NCBI GenBank assembly: GCA_964476185.1
Contig: CAYYZO010000005.1
Span: 12,532 to 76,531 of the forward strand
From: an uncultured Myxococcales bacterium
Lineage (GTDB): Bacteria; Desulfobacterota; Binatia; UBA1149; CAITLU01
Direction: 5' to 3'
Length of the DNA: 64,000 bases
The notes under the pieces: generated by a model
Told to the model about the DNA's origin: nothing
Databases searched by the model: none
The model's input: only the letters and a program-made list of their open reading frames with translations
Position numbers and translations under genes: made by a program
In this document: in pieces, positions 57,798 to 64,000 of the stretch
How the letters are laid out: every line of letters starts with the position of its first letter
Numbering within the stretch: position 1 is the stretch's first letter

Positions 57798-58217
57798 ATG
57801 CCGATCGACCGGAACCTTCGGGATCATCGCGAACACATCGTGCGCGAGCACATGGAGTCCGAGAACGTGCACGAGTTCGACCGCACGCTCGCGACGTTCC
57901 GGCACCCGCGCTACGAGCTCATCGCGACCGGGCAGGTGCACGACGGCGCTGACGCGGTGCTGGAGTACTTCCGCACGAGCCGCGCGGCGTTTCCCGACCA
58001 GCGCAACGAGCTGATTGCGCTCCACCACGCCGACGACGCCGTGATCGCGGAGTTCTGGCTGCTCGGCACCCACGACGGCCCGCTGATGGGCCTCGAGCCG
58101 ACCGGACGCGAGTTCCGCTGCCGGATGGTCGCGTTCTTTCTCTTCGACGGGCCGGACCTCGTCTGCGAGCGCGTCTACTTCGACAGCGCGACCATCCTTC
58201 GCCAGCTCACGGCCTGA
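57798..58217 (+). CDS. SnoaL-like ester cyclase / NTF2-fold protein
   Basis: ..REHMESENVHEFDRTLATF..AEFWLLGTHDGPLMGLEPTGREF.. is typical of SnoaL-like cyclases. 139 aa. Confidence 0.75.
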   Translation: MPIDRNLRDHREHIVREHMESENVHEFDRTLATFRHPRYELIATGQVHDGADAVLEYFRTSRAAFPDQRNELIALHHADDAVIAEFWLLGTHDGPLMGLEPTGREFRCRMVAFFLFDGPDLVCERVYFDSATILRQLTA

Positions 58218-58317
58218 CCGTCACGACGACCGCCGCCGGCTGGAGCGACTCGGCCCCGCCCGCAGGGAGCAGCGTGGCCGCCCGCGAAGACCAGCGGCAC
58301 AAGAGTTGGCGCCCGGC

Positions 58318-59262
<945 letters not shown>

Positions 59263-59278
59263 GCAGGTTCGCCATAGC

Positions 59279-60856
59279 ATGCCGACCGAGCCCGCCGCGA
59301 ACCCTTCGCCGCCGTCCGCGGCGGGCACGCACGTCCCCGACTGGTACCCGCGCTACGTGCTCGTGGTCCTGGTCGTGGTCTACGTCCTGAACTTCCTCGA
59401 CCGGCAGATCCTTTCGATCCTCAACGAGCACATCCAGGCCGACCTCGGCCTGACCGATGCCGAGATGGGCTTCCTGTTCGGGACGGCGTTCGCGGTCTTC
59501 TACGCGTTGTTCGGTATTCCGCTCGGGCGGCTCGCCGACGTCTGGGTGCGGCGCAGCCTGATCTCGCTCGGCCTCGCGTTCTGGAGCGCGATGACGGCGT
59601 TGTCGGGCCTCGCGCAGAACTTCACGCAGATCGCCGTCGCACGCATCGGCGTCGGCGTCGGCGAAGCCAGCGCGTCGCCGGCGGCCTACTCGCTGCTCTC
59701 GGACTGGTTCCCGCCCGCGCGTCGCGCGACGGTGCTCGCGATCTACTCGAGCGGGATCTATATCGGCGCGGGTTGCGGGCTCGCGATCGGCGGCCAGGTC
59801 GTCGACCGCTGGGACGCGGCGTTCCCGCCGGGGGCGGCGCCGTTCGGCCTGCGCGGCTGGCAGGTCGCGTTCTTCGTCGTCGGACTTCCCGGGCTCGCGC
59901 TCGCCGCGTGGGTTCGCACGCTGCGCGAACCGGCGCGTGGCGACGCCGGCCCGACCGTGGACGCCCGGCCGTTCGCCGTGTTCCTGCACGAGCTCGGCGC
60001 GGTGCTGCCGCCGCTGACGCTGTGGACGCTCGCTCGCGAAGGCGGTCGCGTCCCGCTCGCGCGCAACGTCCTCGCGGCCGGCGTGATCGCGTCCGCCGCC
60101 GCCGCGATCGCCGCCAGGAGCGGCGACGCCGCGCAGTGGATCGCGCTCGGCATCGGCACTTACGCCGCCTCTTCCTGGATGCAGGCGCTCGCGATCCGCA
60201 GCCCCGAAGCGGCGGAGGTGATCCTCGGCACGCCGACGCTGCGCTGGGCCGCGCTCGGCTTCGGCTTCCTGTCCTTCAGCGGCTACGCCATCGGCTACTG
60301 GGCGGCGCCGTACTTCATGCGCGTGCACGGCGTCGGCGCGGCCGATGTCGGCCTCGCGGTCGGCGGCGTGGCGGCGGCGGCCGGCTGGCTCGGGGTGAGC
60401 GCGGGCGGCGCGCTCGCCGACGCCTGGCGCAGCCGCACGCTGTACGGCCGGCTGTACACGGGGATGCTCACGGCGCTGCTCACGCCGCCGCTCGCCGCCG
60501 CGATGATCGCCGCTCCTTCCACGCTCGCGGCGTTCGCGATCAACGCGCCGCTGGTGTTCGTCTCGTCGATGTGGATCGGCGCCGGCATCGCGACCGTGCA
60601 CGACCTGGTGCCGCCCCGGCTTCGCGGCTCCGCGGCGGCCGCCTACCTGCTCGTGGTCACGTTCATCGGCCTCGCGCTCGGGCCGTACGTCGTCGGCAAG
60701 CTCTCGGCCGCGCTCGACTCGCTCGGAGCGGCGCTGCTGGCCGGCGCCCTCCTCGGCGACGGCATCGGCCTCGTGTGCCTGCTGCTCGCCGCACGCACGC
60801 TCGCCGACGACCAGCGCCGCTCCGACGCGCGCCGCGACATCCCGCTCAGTCCGTGA
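59279..60856 (+). CDS. MFS transporter
   Basis: ..NFLDRQILSILNEHIQADLGLTDAEMGFLFG..GRLADVWVRR.. is the MFS motif A region. About 12 TM helices. There is an alternative start at 59261. Confidence 0.8.
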   Translation: MPTEPAANPSPPSAAGTHVPDWYPRYVLVVLVVVYVLNFLDRQILSILNEHIQADLGLTDAEMGFLFGTAFAVFYALFGIPLGRLADVWVRRSLISLGLAFWSAMTALSGLAQNFTQIAVARIGVGVGEASASPAAYSLLSDWFPPARRATVLAIYSSGIYIGAGCGLAIGGQVVDRWDAAFPPGAAPFGLRGWQVAFFVVGLPGLALAAWVRTLREPARGDAGPTVDARPFAVFLHELGAVLPPLTLWTLAREGGRVPLARNVLAAGVIASAAAAIAARSGDAAQWIALGIGTYAASSWMQALAIRSPEAAEVILGTPTLRWAALGFGFLSFSGYAIGYWAAPYFMRVHGVGAADVGLAVGGVAAAAGWLGVSAGGALADAWRSRTLYGRLYTGMLTALLTPPLAAAMIAAPSTLAAFAINAPLVFVSSMWIGAGIATVHDLVPPRLRGSAAAAYLLVVTFIGLALGPYVVGKLSAALDSLGAALLAGALLGDGIGLVCLLLAARTLADDQRRSDARRDIPLSP

Positions 60857-61880
60857 ACAGCGCGTACGGCCCGCCCGTGAACCCGATCGTGTTGCGCGTG
60901 CCGTCGAGGTTGTCGTACTCGGGCGCCGGGTCCCCGGCGCCGACGGCCCGGCTCCTGCGCGACGGGTCACGGCTCGGGAGGAAGCGCTCCGGGGCGAACT
61001 CCTCGATCGTCCGCGGCAGTCGCCCCCCGGTGTAGCGCGGAGCGCCGTCGAGGTTGTCCGCCAGGCGATCGAGCAGGAGCAGATTCTGCGCGCGGCGGAT
61101 GCGCCGGTAGTCGACGCCGCCGGTCAGCAGCGCCGCGACCGTGTTGCGATAGAACAAGTTGAATCGCGTCTCCGTCCCGGTGGCGAAGTCGCAAATGCCG
61201 CGTCCCTTGCGGCTGCCGACGAGCCGCGACCCGTTGCGCACGAGGATGTTGTTGCGGATCTCCGGGGAGGCGATGCCGCTCGTCAGGATCGCGTTGCTGT
61301 CGTTGCGCGCGATCGTGTTGTTGACGATGCGCGGCGACGACGAGACGACCTGGATCGTGTGCGGGTCACCACCGCCGACGCCCGTGTTGAACGCGAGCAG
61401 GTTGTTGAAGATCGCCGGCTCCGCGGTCGTGCCGCCCACGTAGATCCCGCTGCCGACGCCCGTCGCGCGGTTTCCGACGATCACGTTGCGCAGGATCGTC
61501 GGGCTCGAGTCGCGGATCTCGATGCCGCCGCCGGTCGCGGCGAGGCCGCCGCGGATCGTGAACGAGTCGAGCACCGCGAGCGGTCCTTCTCCGCCCACGA
61601 AGCGCACGACGGACCCGGCGTCGCCGCCGTCGATCACCGAATCGGGACCGGAGCCCTGCACGGTCACCTCCTTGCCCCCGAAATCGAGGTTCTCCGCGTA
61701 CACGCCGGGAGCGACGAGGATGACGGCGCCGTCCGGCGCAGCGTCGATCGCCTGCTGGATCGTCGGGTACATCGCGGGAACGCCGAGGAAATCCGCGGCG
61801 GCGGGCGCGGCGCAGCACAAGAGCGCAGCAGCACCAGCGAGGGTCGACGCTCCGAAGCGGACAAGGGTCGTGTTCTCCAT
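60846..61880 (-). CDS. secreted right-handed parallel beta-helix repeat protein (pectin-lyase-fold; NosD/DUF1565-like)
   Basis: Signal peptide MENTTLVRFGASTLAGAAALLCCAAPAAA, then repetitive ..IRNNILVRN.. / ..IVNNTIARN.. / ..ILRNVIVGN.. beta-helix rungs. The ATG at 61880 is internal to the 900-aa track ORF. Confidence 0.7.
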   Translation of the reverse strand: MENTTLVRFGASTLAGAAALLCCAAPAAADFLGVPAMYPTIQQAIDAAPDGAVILVAPGVYAENLDFGGKEVTVQGSGPDSVIDGGDAGSVVRFVGGEGPLAVLDSFTIRGGLAATGGGIEIRDSSPTILRNVIVGNRATGVGSGIYVGGTTAEPAIFNNLLAFNTGVGGGDPHTIQVVSSSPRIVNNTIARNDSNAILTSGIASPEIRNNILVRNGSRLVGSRKGRGICDFATGTETRFNLFYRNTVAALLTGGVDYRRIRRAQNLLLLDRLADNLDGAPRYTGGRLPRTIEEFAPERFLPSRDPSRRSRAVGAGDPAPEYDNLDGTRNTIGFTGGPYALFTD

Positions 61881-62075
61881 GACATTCCTCCGTGGCGAAT
61901 GGGACGCTGCGAGCCGGCGGCGGTTACATGGGGAATTCGAGCCCGAACGCGGACGAAGCCGTGCACCCTGGCGCGCGCGGATCGCGACCGCGTCCCGCTC
62001 GACACGAGCAGCGGGCTGTTCATGGCTCGAGCTCGCAGGCATGCTCGGCCGGCACCCCCCGCAGGAGAAGCCCCC

Positions 62076-62639
62076 ATGCCGCAGCAGAGGATCCCGCTCG
62101 TCGACGTCGAGACCGCGCCCGAGGACGTGCGCAGCGCGTTCGCCGCGCTGCCCGTCCGGCTCAACATCTTCCGCATGATGGCCCACGCGCCGACCAGCTT
62201 CCGTCCGCTGATGCGGCTCGGCGCGTCGATCCTGTCCGCCCAGCAGCTCGACCCGGAACTGCGCGAGTACGCGATCCTGCTCGGCGTGAAGGCGTTCGGC
62301 GGGCGCTACGAATGGATCCAGCACGTGCCGATCGCGGAGGCGACCGGCGCCTCCCCGGAGCAGATCGCGGCGATCGAGCGCGGCGACCTCGACGCCTCGT
62401 GCTTCGACGAGAAGGAAAAAGCGTTTCTCGCGTTCGTGCAGCAGAGCGCCGTCGACGTTCGTTGCTCCGACGCGACCTTCGCCGCAATGAGGAAGCACTT
62501 CTCGGACCGCGAGATCGTCGAGACGCTGCTGACGATCGGCTACTACCAGATGCTCGCCCGGCTGACCGAATGCACCGACACCGAACTCGACGAGCCGAGC
62601 GGCACGAAGGTCGTCGACTCCCTCCAGCGCGCGGGTTGA
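62076..62639 (+). CDS. carboxymuconolactone decarboxylase (CMD/AhpD-like) family protein
   Basis: ..LREYAILLGVKAFGGRYEWIQHVPIA.. is CMD-like. The ATG at 62076 is internal to the 426-aa track ORF. Confidence 0.75.
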   Translation: MPQQRIPLVDVETAPEDVRSAFAALPVRLNIFRMMAHAPTSFRPLMRLGASILSAQQLDPELREYAILLGVKAFGGRYEWIQHVPIAEATGASPEQIAAIERGDLDASCFDEKEKAFLAFVQQSAVDVRCSDATFAAMRKHFSDREIVETLLTIGYYQMLARLTECTDTELDEPSGTKVVDSLQRAG

Positions 62640-62954
62640 GGCGTCACTGGTGACGAACGCCTCCGAAGTCGTCGCGGACGACAGGACGAGCGTGACGGCA
62701 TCCTGCGAGGGCGTGGGCGAGCCGCGGTCCGGGACCGGTTCGTGTTCCGCGGCCTCGAATCGCCGCCCATCGCGGCCGGGGGTTCGGAATGCGCGTCGCC
62801 GGGCAGGCCGCGCGGCTGCTGCCGGCGCCCTCCCCTGACTGCGCACTGTGGCGGCGTGAGGCAGCGCCGGCCGGCGGTGACGGCAGGACGGCGCGACCGG
62901 CGTCGCGACGGGAATGCTTGCTACACCTCGCCAGTCCCGTAAGGAAGGAAAGCG

Positions 62955-63434
62955 ATGGCCGGGCAACCCGAGACGAAGGCTCCACGGCCGTTCACCGCCA
63001 GGGAAGAACGGATCGCCAAGCCGATCATTCGCGTGATGTCGGCCGTCAACACGTGGATGTACCGCGCAAGCGGCGGCCGCGTCGGCGGTCGCTGGATGTA
63101 CGACGCCCCGATCTTCCTGCTGACGACCGTCGGCCGGAAGTCCGGGCAGAAGCGCACGACCCCCCTGCTCTTCCTCGAGGACGGCGACCGCATCGTCACC
63201 GTCGCGTCCCAGGGCGGAATGTCGAAGGACCCGCTGTGGATCCGCAACATCGACGCGAACCCCGACGTCGAAGCCCAGGTCGGGTCGAAGAAGCGCTCCA
63301 TGCGCGCGCGGCGTGCGACGGCCGAGGAGAAGGCGAAGTACTGGCCCGCACTCTGCCGCATGTATCCCGACTACGCCGACTACCAGGCGCGAACGATCCG
63401 GGACATCCCGGTCGTCCTGCTCGATCCACGCTGA
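62955..63434 (+). CDS. deazaflavin (F420)-dependent nitroreductase-family oxidoreductase (DUF385, PPOX class)
   Basis: ..WMYRASGGRVGG..PIFLLTTVGRKSGQKRTTPLLFLEDGDRIVTVASQGG..DPLWIRNIDANPDVEAQVG.. is diagnostic for this family. A Shine-Dalgarno sequence (AAGGAAGGAAAG) lies upstream. Confidence 0.8.
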   Translation: MAGQPETKAPRPFTAREERIAKPIIRVMSAVNTWMYRASGGRVGGRWMYDAPIFLLTTVGRKSGQKRTTPLLFLEDGDRIVTVASQGGMSKDPLWIRNIDANPDVEAQVGSKKRSMRARRATAEEKAKYWPALCRMYPDYADYQARTIRDIPVVLLDPR

Positions 63435-63484
63435 CGAAGCGCAAAGGTCGATCGTCGCCGCGAACTGCCCCTCAGGAGGAACCG

Positions 63485-64000
63485 ATGCGCCCATTTCCCG
63501 CTGTCCGCCCGTTCGTCGCTGTCGCGCTCGCCGCGTCGATGCTGGCAAGTCCCGCCGTCTCGTTCGCGCAGGGCTGCGATCCCGACACCGAGGCGCGCCT
63601 GGCGTTCCTCGAGCAGCGCCTCGAGGAAGCGCAGCCGAACACGCGCCTGTGGTGGCGGAGCTGGATGACGGTCTTCGTGTTCGGCGTCGGCTGGGGCGTC
63701 ACCAACGGCCTGCTCGAGGACAACAACGAGCGGGCCGCGGCTGACTACGTGAACGCCGCCAAGAGCGTGCTCGGCATCGCCGAGCTCTCGCTCCGCCCGC
63801 ACGTCGGGCGTCTCGGCGCCGGGCCGGTCCGCGCGATCCCGAAAACGTCGCCCGAGAACTGCCGGGAACGCCTGCGCGTCGCCGAGCGCCACCTCGAGAG
63901 CGCGGCCGGCGACGCCGGCATGCGCTGGTCGTGGAAGCGGCACCTGTCGAGCCTCGTGCTGAACCTCGGCGCCGCCGTGGCGATCGCCGAAGGAGCCGAC
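63485..64000 (+). CDS. hypothetical secreted protein, 3' partial (runs off the window end)
   Basis: The frame is open from ATG 63485 to the window end. Signal peptide MRPFPAVRPFVAVALAASMLASPAVSFA. It is absent from the ORF track because no stop lies within the window. Confidence 0.45.
   Translation, partial: MRPFPAVRPFVAVALAASMLASPAVSFAQGCDPDTEARLAFLEQRLEEAQPNTRLWWRSWMTVFVFGVGWGVTNGLLEDNNERAAADYVNAAKSVLGIAELSLRPHVGRLGAGPVRAIPKTSPENCRERLRVAERHLESAAGDAGMRWSWKRHLSSLVLNLGAAVAIAEGAD

Overview
This 64 kb window is about 72% GC and looks like ordinary chromosome from a sigma-54-bearing, Myxococcota-like proteobacterium. The taxonomic clues are a sigma-54 enhancer-binding regulator, an NrsF/ECF-sigma pair, and two secreted proteins carrying the Myxococcus-type cysteine-rich repeat (CGNG..EQCDDGN). 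I call about 58 CDSs and find no rRNA, tRNA, CRISPR array, integrase or transposase.

Because of the high GC, the supplied six-frame track contains many long spurious ORFs that are rich in R, A, G and P. Examples are 932..4015 (1027 aa), 6571..14577 (2668 aa) and 10329..13670 (1113 aa). I kept only ORFs that have family-like sequence and GC3-biased codon usage, and I trimmed the artefactual fusions down to the real genes.

The main gene content runs as follows:
- An M20 amidohydrolase, a DsbA-like oxidoreductase and a PPOX-family protein sit in one minus-strand operon.
- An NrsF/ECF-sigma pair lies next to an alphaproteobacterial-type AddAB helicase-nuclease (addA 1165 aa, addB 939 aa).
- Metabolic genes include an enoyl-CoA hydratase, a carotenoid oxygenase with DoxX, pdxH, and an ABC-2 exporter pair.
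- A large secreted protein combines a NIDO-like domain with Cys-rich repeats.
- A TetR regulator is followed by a 50-aa membrane peptide and a strong terminator.
- A sigma-54 regulator sits next to a glycan-modification-like cluster (MTase, DUF2304, GT2, sulfatase, YfhO).
- An operon on the minus strand encodes two secreted proteins followed by a PDZ-7TM-GAF histidine kinase.
- A radical-SAM ArsS-like gene stands alone without arsM.
- A HemD-HemE fusion is followed by hemY.
- Also present are folP, phzF, a wax-ester synthase (WS/DGAT), a class-C-like serine hydrolase and an MFS transporter.
- Several families often linked to cofactor F420 occur: a luciferase-like oxidoreductase (LLM), two PPOX/deazaflavin-type proteins and a TIGR03084 protein.

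The most notable observation concerns the DsbA-like gene at 2134..2748 (minus strand). Reading upstream from the annotated GTG start, the frame continues through a single in-frame TGA at 2713..2715. That TGA sits exactly where the first Cys of the CPWC active site would be (...WSDVL-TGA-PWC...). This fits a selenocysteine-containing DsbA-like oxidoreductase that an ORF caller would truncate so that it loses its redox motif.

Another recurring pattern is 4-bp start/stop overlap (ATGA or GTGA), implying translational coupling, at about ten gene junctions.
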